From: Phycisphaerales bacterium
Lineage (GTDB): Bacteria > Planctomycetota > Phycisphaerae > Phycisphaerales > UBA1924
Direction: 5' to 3'
Length of the DNA: 64,000 bases
NCBI GenBank assembly: GCA_015487555.1
Contig: WFPK01000052.1
Span: forward strand, 44,144 to 108,143
Below the pieces are notes generated by a model. The model saw nothing but the letters and a program-made list of their open reading frames with translations, had not been told where the DNA came from and searched no databases. The translations under genes were made by a program, and so were the position numbers. Below are positions 54,931-64,000 of the stretch, piece after piece (position 1 is the stretch's first letter; each line of letters begins with the position of its first letter).

Positions 54931-57543
54931 ATGATCGGCCAGGAGCAACAAACCGCCGAGCTCTGGTGGGCCAAGCCGCACGATCCGTCGATGTCGCTGC
55001 GGTCTCAGATTCGAGTAATACGAGATCAGCACGCCGATCGTCCCGCTGTGCTGATCGGCGACGACGAATGGCTCACCCACGGCGAGCTCCATCGCCGGGC
55101 CCAGAGATTGGCCCGGGCCATCAACGCTGCCCGCAAAGCCAACCCCGGCCCCATCGTCTGCCTTGTGGGCACCAACGCCTCGCTCTATGTCTGCCTGATC
55201 TGTGTCATCAACGCCGACAGCGACTTCTCCATGCTCGACCCCGCATCACCACCCAAACGCAACAAGCTGGCAGCCCAAAGCATCGACGCCCAGGTCGTGC
55301 TCGTCGATCACACCACCGCCCACCTCGCCCAGGACATCGTCGCCGAGTCCGGATCAATCATCAACATCGACACCGACGAATCCGATCAGCCCGATACCGA
55401 GCCCGACAATGACAACAGCAATAACGATCCCTCCCAACCCAGAGCCTTCATCTTCACCTCAGGCTCAACAGGCCAACCAAAGGGTGTCATCCGCTCATTC
55501 TCGAGCATACTCCATTCCCAATACAACATCTCCGCCCGGCTGAGCTACGAACCAACCGACACCCTGCTCTACATGGGCTCGCCCGGACATGTCGGCACAC
55601 TCAACGATGCCCTGAGCGTGCTACTCAACGGGCACGCCTCGGTCGCGCTGAGCCTCGAGAACCTCGACATCAGCGCCGTCTGGAAAGCCATCGTCAAACA
55701 CCAGATCACCAAAGCCTCCCTCGCCCCATCACTCATGCGCGTCTGCCTCCGCTATGGCGCCGAGCACGAAAAAGCGACGAGCATGAAGTGCGTCGCATCA
55801 AGCGGCGAGCCCCTGCTCCGAAGCGATATCGCCTTGTTTTATAGCCTCTTCGACAAATCCGTCCAACTCTGGCAGAGCTATGGGTCCACCGAATGCGGGC
55901 ATATGTGCGCCGGGTACTACTCACCTGAAGACGCCATCGGCATCGGCCCGCTCCCGCTGAGCAAACCCGCCAGCAGCGTCCGCATCGAAGTCCTCGACGA
56001 AAACCAAACCCCCGTGCTCCCCGGAAACGAAGGCGCAATCCGCGTCCGCACACCCGGGCTCGCCGAGGGCTACACCGCGGCATATCAATCCTCCGAGTCC
56101 GGGTTTGGATGCGATGAAGACGGACGCTATTTCATCACCGGCGACCGCGCTCAACTCCTCAACGATCAAAGAATCATCATCATCGGACGCGCAGACCGCC
56201 AGATCAATATCCACGGACGAAGACTCGAACTCTCCGAAGTCGAATCCGCGATCCTCTCGACCCCAGGCTGGGCCGACGCATCAGTCGTCCTTCTCAACCC
56301 AGACGACCACTCGCCACAGATCGCCGCGATGGTCAGCCCAAGCACCAAAAGCGACGCAGACCTGCAAAGACTCAACGCCGAGCTCCGCGACCTGCTCCCC
56401 CAATCCGCGCTCCCCAAACTCATCAAAGTGGTCGATCATCTCCCCAAAACAATCACCGGCAAAACAGACCTCCAAGCAATCACCAACACACTGCAACAAG
56501 AACAACTTCAATCCGCCACCAACCCCCCACCTGATACCCAAATGCCCATCGGCCCAACCGAAAACTGGATCGCAGACGCCTGGCAAGAGGTGATGCGCGC
56601 AAAGCAACGCCCAGGCAGGAACATCGGATTCGATGAGTTCGGCGGCGACTCACTCAACGCCATCAACCTCTGCCTCACCCTAGGACAACAGTTCGGCATC
56701 GAAGTCGGACTCGACTTCATCACCGATCACCCCACCATCGCCATCCAGGCAACATTCCTGCAACAGGAAAACCGAGTAATACAGCGAAATCGCTTTGTGC
56801 CGTTGCAAAGCACAGGGAACGGCCCGGTGATCTTCCTCTTCCCAGGACTCGGCGGGCACGCCTGGGTCTACCGCGCCTTTGCCAGAGAACTCTGCGAAAA
56901 GAACTGCGATCTTGTCGCCATCAACTACCTCATCACAGACGACTCGAACAAATCGAGTTTGCACCCGCACCTCCTCGCCAAAGAAGTGACAGAGCATATC
57001 CGCTTGAATCAAATGGAAAATCGCCAACTGATCTTCGCTGGATATTCGCTCGGCTCACTCGTCGCTACAGGCGTAGCCAATGCAATCAATCAGACAGAAT
57101 CCCCCCCGACGATCCAGGCCCTCCTGCTGCTCGACCCATCCCCGGTGTCCTCGCCAAGCCCACTCAAGCGCGGGCTCCATCTTCTCAAATCAAAGGCGAG
57201 ACAGATCAAATCAGGAAAGCCAAAGGGGGCCCGCCAGGAAATCGCCCGCCGACGCCTCGATCGCGATATCCAGCACACGACAAAGGCCCTCAAAAAACAC
57301 TATCGCCCAAACACAACCCGCCTGGCTGCCCACGATTTCCGGGTCATATTCACCCAAGAAGGATACCGGGAACTCACTCCAAACAAGGACTTGTTTGATC
57401 GCTGCCTGGATGCGGATGACTTTATCCTCCTCGACGACCTCAACCACCTCGATCTACTCCGATCCAAAGGCGTCGCGCGGTGCGCCCAGTGGGTCTGGGA
57501 GCAAGTCGAAGGGCTCAATACCAAGCAAGATATCCCCTCCTAA
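54931..57543 (+). CDS. Stand-alone NRPS-like enzyme: adenylation - thiolation (PCP) - thioesterase
   Basis: A-domain cores are FIFTSGSTGQPKGV, SYGSTECG, GDRAQL, GRADRQINIHGRRLELSEVE and LPKTITGKTD. The carrier motif is FGGDSLNAINL. The alpha/beta-hydrolase nucleophile is GYSLGS, within a C-terminal domain of about 250 aa. There is no condensation domain. Confidence 0.85.
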   Translation: MIGQEQQTAELWWAKPHDPSMSLRSQIRVIRDQHADRPAVLIGDDEWLTHGELHRRAQRLARAINAARKANPGPIVCLVGTNASLYVCLICVINADSDFSMLDPASPPKRNKLAAQSIDAQVVLVDHTTAHLAQDIVAESGSIINIDTDESDQPDTEPDNDNSNNDPSQPRAFIFTSGSTGQPKGVIRSFSSILHSQYNISARLSYEPTDTLLYMGSPGHVGTLNDALSVLLNGHASVALSLENLDISAVWKAIVKHQITKASLAPSLMRVCLRYGAEHEKATSMKCVASSGEPLLRSDIALFYSLFDKSVQLWQSYGSTECGHMCAGYYSPEDAIGIGPLPLSKPASSVRIEVLDENQTPVLPGNEGAIRVRTPGLAEGYTAAYQSSESGFGCDEDGRYFITGDRAQLLNDQRIIIIGRADRQINIHGRRLELSEVESAILSTPGWADASVVLLNPDDHSPQIAAMVSPSTKSDADLQRLNAELRDLLPQSALPKLIKVVDHLPKTITGKTDLQAITNTLQQEQLQSATNPPPDTQMPIGPTENWIADAWQEVMRAKQRPGRNIGFDEFGGDSLNAINLCLTLGQQFGIEVGLDFITDHPTIAIQATFLQQENRVIQRNRFVPLQSTGNGPVIFLFPGLGGHAWVYRAFARELCEKNCDLVAINYLITDDSNKSSLHPHLLAKEVTEHIRLNQMENRQLIFAGYSLGSLVATGVANAINQTESPPTIQALLLLDPSPVSSPSPLKRGLHLLKSKARQIKSGKPKGARQEIARRRLDRDIQHTTKALKKHYRPNTTRLAAHDFRVIFTQEGYRELTPNKDLFDRCLDADDFILLDDLNHLDLLRSKGVARCAQWVWEQVEGLNTKQDIPS

Positions 57544-58397
57544 ACCTCTTCCCCCTCCACCGTCAGCTCCACCCGATCCTTGTGCCCGAACCAGGTGTTG
57601 CGATCTGGACGCTCGCTCGCATCCTTCCCAATCCCATACTTCTCCTCGAGCAGTTTCGTCACATCCTCCATCGTGGCATCATCAGCCACCCATCGCCAGA
57701 TGTCCGGAAAATCCACCGAGCAGTTCGCACACTTATTCGTATCCGAAAACCGGATCGGGCACCAGAACGATTCGACATTGCGAAGCATCTCCGACCCCAG
57801 CGACCACACACCCGTCATCCAATCACAATACAAGCACCAGATCAGATCATGCCCAACCAACCCATCAAACTTCTGGCGTGACACATTCACCCACTCCCCC
57901 TGCTTATGCCTGGGAAACCGAAGCAACCAAATCAAGAGCGGATAAATCAACAGCTCACCCAGCCGAACCGTCCAAAACAACGGCACCGCCAACGCCGAAA
58001 CCCACAACGCCCCATGATTCCGCCATCGCCCGACAAGTTTGTTGAGCACCTTGACAATCCGAGGCCCCTTGACCGCCTTGCGATGGGCAAGCTCGTGCCC
58101 CCACCCCCACACAACCAATCCGATCATCTGCCCGATGATTCCGCCGAGCAACCCCCGCCAGCCAAAGGCGATCAGACCCGCAATCGCAGGCCCAACCGTG
58201 AACCACGCCACCACCACATCAAGCCCGGGTGCCTTGCGACACACCTCCATCGCCCACTTCCCAAAGCCCCCCATCTTGGCCACCATATGAAGCACCACCG
58301 CCCCACCAACGACCGCCACAAACCCGACGCCAACCATCATCAAAAAGTCACCCACGATCGCCTCCATTTCAACGCCAAAGATCAGCCCCAACACCAC
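57540..58397 (-). CDS. Polytopic membrane protein with an HExxH motif and a C-terminal 4-Cys domain
   Basis: GWGHELAHRK (58083..58097) sits at the end of a hydrophobic helix. The C-terminal part has CLYC...CPIRF...CANC. No family was recognised. Confidence 0.5.
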   Translation of the reverse strand: MVLGLIFGVEMEAIVGDFLMMVGVGFVAVVGGAVVLHMVAKMGGFGKWAMEVCRKAPGLDVVVAWFTVGPAIAGLIAFGWRGLLGGIIGQMIGLVVWGWGHELAHRKAVKGPRIVKVLNKLVGRWRNHGALWVSALAVPLFWTVRLGELLIYPLLIWLLRFPRHKQGEWVNVSRQKFDGLVGHDLIWCLYCDWMTGVWSLGSEMLRNVESFWCPIRFSDTNKCANCSVDFPDIWRWVADDATMEDVTKLLEEKYGIGKDASERPDRNTWFGHKDRVELTVEGEEV

Positions 58398-58447
58398 AGC
58401 AAGACAATCGAGCTCCCCCCACCTTTATTCGATCGTTCATTGACAAA

Positions 58448-58726
58448 CTAACGCGTCGCAATCCACATCAACACAAACCACCCCAGCGCATGCACCCCCG
58501 CGATGCCATAGAGCATCCACATATACCTCGGCTTGGCGACCTTGTGATTGATCGCCCGTGTCACCAAAATCGCCCCGGGCCAACCACCCAACAACTCGAA
58601 CGAGTGCAGCGTCTTCTCCTTGACCCGCCAGCGCCCACGCACCGCCTGGTGCTTATCCCAGATGTGCATCGCTGCACAGAGCACACTTAGCCCGAGATAG
58701 TAGAAGAAGAATACTTTCCAGAGCAT
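58448..58726 (-). CDS. DUF1294-family small membrane protein
   Basis: MHIWDKHQAVRGRWRVKEKTLHSFELLGGWPGAILVTRAINHKVAKPRY matches the DUF1294 pattern (DK..A..g.wRi.E..L......GG..GA......rHK..K). Confidence 0.7.
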   Translation of the reverse strand: MLWKVFFFYYLGLSVLCAAMHIWDKHQAVRGRWRVKEKTLHSFELLGGWPGAILVTRAINHKVAKPRYMWMLYGIAGVHALGWFVLMWIATR

Positions 58727-60540
58727 ACCGGGTCATCCTCACCATTCTCGCCATCGCCAAACTGCGACTCACCCCACAGCATCAGGTTCATCATCGGCCA
58801 GGCCATGTGCCAATAGCTCGCCGGACGGGCGCAGACCATGCCCAAAGCCTGCTCGGTAAAAAACTCTCGCGCAATCGGCGAATCAAAGAGCCGATCCGTC
58901 ATCGACCCCATCCAATGCTGGAACGGGAGCGGGAAACTCGCCTTGGGACGGTTGACGATCTCGGGGGGCAACTCATCTTTGAAAGCCTGGCGAAGCGCGA
59001 TCTTGGTCTGCTCATGCTCACCCGCGACATACTTCTGATCCATCGGCAGGTTCTCAGCACAGATCGCCACCTCAATATCCGCATACGGCGTCCGCCCCTC
59101 GACCCCGGCGAGCATCGTCGAAGTATCAAGCCTCTGAAGCAAGTTCGGCAGGTTCATCCGGCGCTGAAAACGCACATGCGCCTGCAGCGCCGAGTCATTG
59201 GGCCCTTGAGATCGTACCTCATCGAAGACCTGCTGATAGTGCGCCTTGAGCTCCGCATCCCCATTGGCACCGTGATACCAAGGCTCACGCAGCACCCCGG
59301 GCTTGAGCTCGTCGGATATCCACGCATTGGCAGCGAGGTTGAAAAGCCCACCTTCGGTATCGTCATTTGCGTTCAAACCCGCGATGTGTCCTTGGGCTTG
59401 CTGCATGATCGGCCCATACCCACCGAAAAGCTCATCCGCCCCCTCGCCAGAGATCGCCACGATGTGCCCCTGCTTGCGCAAAGCCTCAGCCACCTCATAA
59501 ATCGCCACCTCATTGGGCGTCGATAAAGGCACACCAAGCCGAGCAACCATCCACCGCCACCGATCAACAAACCCCGCCTCAGTCATCTCGACCTCGGTAT
59601 GGTTCGTGCCCAGCTCCTTGGCCAACGAGTTCGCAAACGAAAAATCATCCGAAAAACCATCCACCTTCGCCCCGGCGCAATAGGTATGGAGCTCTCCGAG
59701 CGACCGCTTGGCCAAAAGTGTCGTGATCGCCGAGTCCAACCCACCCGAAAGAAGCGTACACATCGGCACATCCGTGCGAAGGTGCCGATGGATCGAATCC
59801 TCGATCGTCTGGCGAACACCCTGCGTGGGCGCACGCAAAGCCCCACTCCACCAGTTCCCCGTCGCGGTCTGCTCCGGCGAATCAAGCGGTATCGTGATCC
59901 ATTGCCCGGGTATCAGCGTCGAGACCCCCGCAAACATCGTCCGCTGCCCGAGTGTCGTGCGGATCGAAGAAAGATACGCCGACACTGTCACCGGATCGGG
60001 CTTGCGCTCAACTTCTGGATGTTCAAGAATCGCCGGGATCTCAGAAGCAACAACCAGCTGCCGCCCAGCGTCCCCCTCAACCATCGCATAATACACCGGC
60101 TTGATCCCCATCGGATCACGCGCAATGATCGCCATGCGATTCTGCGTATCAAGAAAGACAAAGCTGAACATCCCCCGAAGCTTCTCAATCGCCCCTTCAC
60201 CCCAGGTAATCAGCGCGTGCAAGAGCGTCTCGGTATCACAGCTCGATCGAAAAACACACCCGAGAGACGCAAGCTCGGAACGCAGATCGTGATCGTTATA
60301 AAGCTCCCCGTTATACGCCAGAACATACCGCTGATCGGGCGAAAGCATCGGCTGATGCCCCGCCAAGGTCGGATCAATCACCGACAACCGACAATGCCCG
60401 ATCGACCCGAGCTGCCCTTCCCAAACCCCGCTGTCATCAGGCCCCCGATGAATAAGCCGATCGCGCATGCGCTCGATCAGAGCACGAGGGATCCCAATTT
60501 GGCGAGCATCGAGATTGAGAACAGAAACAATTCCACACAT
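58687..60540 (-). CDS. Asparagine synthase (glutamine-hydrolysing) family amidotransferase
   Basis: The start is trimmed to MCGIVSVLN (N-terminal nucleophile Cys2). It has the Ntn glutaminase domain and the PP-loop SGGLDS. Confidence 0.85.
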   Translation of the reverse strand: MCGIVSVLNLDARQIGIPRALIERMRDRLIHRGPDDSGVWEGQLGSIGHCRLSVIDPTLAGHQPMLSPDQRYVLAYNGELYNDHDLRSELASLGCVFRSSCDTETLLHALITWGEGAIEKLRGMFSFVFLDTQNRMAIIARDPMGIKPVYYAMVEGDAGRQLVVASEIPAILEHPEVERKPDPVTVSAYLSSIRTTLGQRTMFAGVSTLIPGQWITIPLDSPEQTATGNWWSGALRAPTQGVRQTIEDSIHRHLRTDVPMCTLLSGGLDSAITTLLAKRSLGELHTYCAGAKVDGFSDDFSFANSLAKELGTNHTEVEMTEAGFVDRWRWMVARLGVPLSTPNEVAIYEVAEALRKQGHIVAISGEGADELFGGYGPIMQQAQGHIAGLNANDDTEGGLFNLAANAWISDELKPGVLREPWYHGANGDAELKAHYQQVFDEVRSQGPNDSALQAHVRFQRRMNLPNLLQRLDTSTMLAGVEGRTPYADIEVAICAENLPMDQKYVAGEHEQTKIALRQAFKDELPPEIVNRPKASFPLPFQHWMGSMTDRLFDSPIAREFFTEQALGMVCARPASYWHMAWPMMNLMLWGESQFGDGENGEDDPVCSGKYSSSTISG

Positions 60541-60795
60541 GACCATATCTATCGGTAATGTGAGCCCGTCAAGAACAAACTCGGACACCGACGCGCCAGC
60601 CAAAAAGCAAGCCGCCGCACACCTCACAACACTCTGCAAAATAAAGACTTCCAACTCGCAAACAAACAACCCACGATGCAGAAAGACCCAAATCGCTGGT
60701 GAACGCGCAGAATCGAAGTACACTCAAAGAAGAATCATAGATTCTTGGGGACACACATCATCAACTCAACACCAACTTCATACAAGGATACCAAT

Positions 60796-61467
60796 ATGAC
60801 CAAATCCGTCGCCATCGTTGCCCTGCTATCGACAGCCGCATGCACAGCCTCCGCTTCACTCACACAGTTTGCAACGCGAAGCGACTTCAACACCGCCTTC
60901 ACCAACGCATTGTTTGAAGACTTCGAAGAGGCCAACATCCCCGACGGCTCTGCCGGAACGACCTCCGAGCTCATCCTCGACTCAAACACTTCAAACGGAA
61001 TCTTCTCGACAGGAGATATCGTCGAAGGACTACGCCTGACCATCGCTGATGCACCAGCCGGAGGCCCATCCGACAACCTCTTCGTATCGAGCCTGGACTT
61101 TGCCAACTATACCTCGCACGCGATCTCGTATAACTACAACGACACGGTCGGCCCTGAGATCACAATCGACCTCACCAACAACAATGTCTTCGGATTCGCA
61201 ATGGATGTCACCGGCAATCCGGAAAACACACTCGTCGCAGTCGATGTCTATGCTGACGACATGCTTCTTGGCTCTTTCGAACTCGCAGGCACCGGCGCAG
61301 GAACATTCCTCGGCTTCTCCTCCGACACCAACATCATCACCCGGGTCACACTCACCGGTATCGACGACTACTTTGGCGTCGATAACATCGCCTTCGCAGT
61401 CCCCGCTCCGGGAACCGCCGGAATCATCGGCATCGGGCTCCTCTCAGCGATTCGCCGACGCCGATAA
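60796..61467 (+). CDS. PEP-CTERM sorting-signal protein
   Basis: Signal peptide MTKSVAIVALLSTAACTASA. The C-terminus is VPAPGTAGIIGIGLLSAIRRRR (PEP-like motif + TM + Arg cluster). Confidence 0.8.
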   Translation: MTKSVAIVALLSTAACTASASLTQFATRSDFNTAFTNALFEDFEEANIPDGSAGTTSELILDSNTSNGIFSTGDIVEGLRLTIADAPAGGPSDNLFVSSLDFANYTSHAISYNYNDTVGPEITIDLTNNNVFGFAMDVTGNPENTLVAVDVYADDMLLGSFELAGTGAGTFLGFSSDTNIITRVTLTGIDDYFGVDNIAFAVPAPGTAGIIGIGLLSAIRRRR

Positions 61468-61499
61468 TCCAAACATTCCCACTCGCACAGCACCTCGCC

Positions 61500-61527
61500 A
61501 AGCCGCCCACAAGGGCGGCTTGTTTCA
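61500..61527 (+). terminator. Stem-loop terminator after the first PEP-CTERM gene
   Basis: AAGCCGCCC-acaa-GGGCGGCTT, followed by GTTTCAT. Confidence 0.55.
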
Positions 61528-61684
61528 TGCCCACCCCCCCCCTACCTCCAAAGCATCGCTTGGAGACGATTCTTTGAAATTCCATACCAATTGGATGACT
61601 TTGGGATTGACACGATACAGGATATCCCTATCCTTATTGCAGGAGAGCGTTTTTTTACTCACAGAGAGACAGAGAGAAGAACAC

Positions 61685-62278
61685 ATGAACACCCCATTGA
61701 TCGCCCTTGTTGGCGTCGCTGCCTGCGCAGGCCTGGCGACCGCCTCACAGAGTACCCCCACCAATACCCCGCAACTCCAAGAATCTGCCCCTGCGGGCCC
61801 CTTCGCAACACTGACCATCGACCTCTCAGGCGTTGAATCCTGGGACTGGTTCAATGATCCAGACAACTACTACGCCTCGTACAACCTCATGCCAGATGCC
61901 CACATCGTCGGCGTCGGGTGGGACCTCACCATCGAAACCGCCGGGGCATCATGGATGTCCGAAGTCTTCATCGACATCCGAAACACCAACAGCACCGGAG
62001 GCGTCTCGCTCAACCCAGGGTTCAACGCCGCATACCCGGGCATAGAATCATTCTCCTCCGACGGCATCATCAGCATCGTCGGCAACGGTGACTTCTTCCT
62101 CAACAACAACGGCATGCTCCACCTCACCGTCTACGAAGGATGGGATGATAATGATGATGCTGTCGACGCAACCTTCCTCGCAGGCTCGGTGCTCTATGTC
62201 CAATATGTCGTCCCCGCCCCCGCCACACTGACCATGCTGGGCTTAGGCGGATTCATGGCCACACGCCGACGACGCTAA
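61685..62278 (+). CDS. PEP-CTERM sorting-signal protein
   Basis: The start is trimmed to MNTPLIALVGVAACAGLATA. The longer ORF from 61049 overlaps the previous gene and is Pro/Ser/Thr-rich. The C-terminus is VPAPATLTMLGLGGFMATRRRR. Confidence 0.8.
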   Translation: MNTPLIALVGVAACAGLATASQSTPTNTPQLQESAPAGPFATLTIDLSGVESWDWFNDPDNYYASYNLMPDAHIVGVGWDLTIETAGASWMSEVFIDIRNTNSTGGVSLNPGFNAAYPGIESFSSDGIISIVGNGDFFLNNNGMLHLTVYEGWDDNDDAVDATFLAGSVLYVQYVVPAPATLTMLGLGGFMATRRRR

Positions 62279-62324
62279 ACGACGACGCTCAACAAAATAC
62301 CGAGCACACCACGCTCTCACGCCC

Positions 62325-63170
62325 TTAGGTGTCCCCTCCTGAGGCGTCATCAGGCTTGCAGGTCTTGCAAGGCGCGTGGGTTTCTTTGACTTCTTCGCGG
62401 GTCGCTGGGCTTTGTGTGTCGGTCAGGTGCGGACAATCCTTGGCGTGATACTTCGACCCAAACTTGGTGATATACACCACCAAACTTGAAGGCGAAACAC
62501 CCGGATTCGCACCGGGCTTGCCCTCTGGTTTGTCAAGCGATTGGTCAAAAGGCTCGCCAGAGATCTTGGCAGGCTCATCCGATGGCGTTGACCAAACCAA
62601 AGGCTCACCCTGAGGATCCCAGATACCCTTGCCCAACCGCTCGGCCCTGGCTCCATAGAACGCGAAGCTCTTGCTATAGAGCGCACCATGCCGAGGATCA
62701 TGCCTGGCATACCCCTGACGGACAAGCTCCAGATTGACCAAAAGCATATCCGGAGCCCGAAAGAGATACCCCCAAACCCGATTCAATCCATCACGATCAA
62801 CGCTCGGATCATGCTGGATATAGACCGTTTCATCCAGAAGAAGCTGCTCGATGAACCGCCGAGCATTGATCGAATGCGGATCAGGAGCCCGATCTCGAGG
62901 GCTCAACTCCGGCGCATCAGCCCCCAAAAGCTGATACCGACGCGTTTTCTCCCCAATCTTGACCAAAATCGTGTCCCCGTCGATAACGCGAACAACCACC
63001 CCCAAGACAAGCTCGGACCGATCGGGGAGCTCGAGAACCGGGAGCGTGTCGATGAGCGTGTCAACCTCTGCGCCACCCGTTGGAGTCGGCCCTAAACCCA
63101 ACAAAGCAACCAGAAAAAAGGCACAGGCACACACAATCATCACCAGATGCACCCGCGCCCATAAAAACAT
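62325..63170 (-). CDS. Thermonuclease (SNase) family protein with an N-terminal TM and a C-terminal Cys/His motif
   Basis: VVRVIDGDTILVKIGEKTRRYQLLGADAPE is the SNase core. The C-terminus is KYHAKDCPHL...APCKTCKP. GGAG lies 6 nt upstream of the ATG at 63170. Confidence 0.8.
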   Translation of the reverse strand: MFLWARVHLVMIVCACAFFLVALLGLGPTPTGGAEVDTLIDTLPVLELPDRSELVLGVVVRVIDGDTILVKIGEKTRRYQLLGADAPELSPRDRAPDPHSINARRFIEQLLLDETVYIQHDPSVDRDGLNRVWGYLFRAPDMLLVNLELVRQGYARHDPRHGALYSKSFAFYGARAERLGKGIWDPQGEPLVWSTPSDEPAKISGEPFDQSLDKPEGKPGANPGVSPSSLVVYITKFGSKYHAKDCPHLTDTQSPATREEVKETHAPCKTCKPDDASGGDT

Positions 63171-63249
63171 ACCTGCTCCAACCTGCTCCAATACGACCCA
63201 ACACCAACTGCTTCAAAGAGCTCCCCGCCCCCTGCCTCCTGCCCGGTGT

Positions 63250-63705
63250 TTAGACCCAGACATTGAGGATCAGATTGGGTTCTTTGTTCTTTCCCGTCCA
63301 TGTCCCAATTGAGGAAGTCACATGCTTGACCTCATACTGCGGATGCGCATCGAGCCATTCATTGACTTGCTGATCCAGAAACTCGAGCGAATCCCCAGTG
63401 AGCTTGCAATGAAAACTCTTGACATGGATCGCCCCCGTGCCATTGGCATTGGGCGTGCGACTCCATGAGTCCTCATGACGAACAGACCGAAGCTTTTGCT
63501 CGAAGGTCCGAATCTTGGGCGGCGATGCCCCTCCCGATCCCGCCGGATCAGGCCCGAGATCAAGCGGAAGGGTGTCATCAAGCGATTGCTCACCCTCGTC
63601 AGATGAAGCTTTGGACTTCTTCTTATCTTCAGGCGGCTCAGACGCCGGCCCAGAATACCCCGGTGGTAACGGATGTCTATACAGTCCCCGCATCATGGTC
63701 TCCAA
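63250..63705 (-). CDS. Hypothetical protein
   Basis: 151-aa ORF with a low-complexity N-terminal half and a structured-looking C-terminal half (IHVKSFHCKLTGDSLEFLDQQVNEWLDAHPQYEVKHV). No family was recognised. Confidence 0.4.
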   Translation of the reverse strand: METMMRGLYRHPLPPGYSGPASEPPEDKKKSKASSDEGEQSLDDTLPLDLGPDPAGSGGASPPKIRTFEQKLRSVRHEDSWSRTPNANGTGAIHVKSFHCKLTGDSLEFLDQQVNEWLDAHPQYEVKHVTSSIGTWTGKNKEPNLILNVWV

Positions 63706-63766
63706 ATCAAATAAGTGAGTTTATCAGCACAATACACTACCATAAACAGACTCCCCCGTCCAGCGC

Positions 63767-64000
63767 TCAATCACCCTGATCGGGCACGAAATGCCACATC
63801 CCACCCCCGGCACCATCGAGGTGACCACGATACCCAACAACCCGATCCGCCCACCGAATAACGATCAGCATTGATCCACAAGTCATCTCCAACGCACAAA
63901 CCTCCCCCCGGGCAACCCGCTCAACCAGCCCTCGACCAGGCGCAACAACACCCTCATAGTCCAAGTAATGGGCACGATGATCGGGCAATCGCTGGGCATA
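63767..64000 (-). CDS. C-terminal part of a LigD 3'-phosphoesterase-like (LigD_N family) protein; the ORF is open to the right edge
   Basis: ...DHRAHYLDYEGVVAPGRGLVERVARGEV resembles the HP/R..Y..(F/Y)EG....G.G.V motif of LigD_N proteins. There is no stop between 63988 and 64000 in this frame. Confidence 0.4.
   Translation of the reverse strand, partial: YAQRLPDHRAHYLDYEGVVAPGRGLVERVARGEVCALEMTCGSMLIVIRWADRVVGYRGHLDGAGGGMWHFVPDQGD

Noticed and set aside
57080-58451. 321-aa and 181-aa plus-strand ORFs overlapping the NRPS-like 3' end and the HExxH membrane gene
   Set aside because: They have low-complexity Pro/Ser/Thr/Arg composition, and they overlap better-supported genes.
61049-61684. 5' extension of the second PEP-CTERM ORF (409-aa model)
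   Set aside because: It overlaps the first PEP-CTERM gene in another frame, crosses a terminator hairpin, and is Pro/Ser/Thr-rich. The signal peptide starts at 61685.

Overview
GC-rich bacterial chromosomal window. The protein families present (GC-dockerin-like C-termini, PEP-CTERM proteins, Asp-rich Ca-binding proteins) suggest Planctomycetota/Phycisphaerae, but this is unverified. No rRNA genes and no CRISPR array were found. Content from left to right: (1) a clade II (Sec-type) nitrous-oxide reductase cluster, cytochrome c-nosZ-nosB-like-nosD-nosF-nosY. (2) A PLP decarboxylase, then a divergent C-family-like heme-copper oxidase with a dihaem cytochrome c, which is a candidate NO reductase. 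(3) Housekeeping redox genes korAB and pntAB. (4) A czcCBA-type metal efflux operon with a P-II-like gene. (5) An M24 peptidase, gpmA and a ComB-like phosphatase. (6) A two-partner secretion pair tpsB-tpsA. (7) An EF-hand protein, tRNA-Met, tatA, folD, ligA, a CYTH protein and an orphan OppF-like ATPase. (8) A 9.75-kb integrative element in the 3' end of tRNA-Phe (38191..47940). It carries an integrase, a primase-helicase, two AlpA/Xis-like HTH genes and an AT-richer cargo block holding an MmeI-like Type IIL restriction-modification enzyme and two orphan proteins. The att core lies inside the integrase reading frame. (9) Three tandem GC-dockerin-like secreted paralogs, one internally deleted and preceded by a 14-bp x4 tandem repeat. 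(10) A split methylmalonyl-CoA mutase large subunit. (11) A locus with a sulfotransferase-like protein, an A-T-TE NRPS-like enzyme, an HExxH membrane protein, DUF1294, an AsnB-like amidotransferase and two PEP-CTERM proteins. (12) A thermonuclease and two small ORFs. The best candidate for an undescribed system is the cargo block of the tRNA-Phe element, together with its integration-dependent integrase tail swap. All coordinates for trimmed starts come from ORF-track arithmetic plus reading of upstream Shine-Dalgarno-like sequence. No database searches were run.
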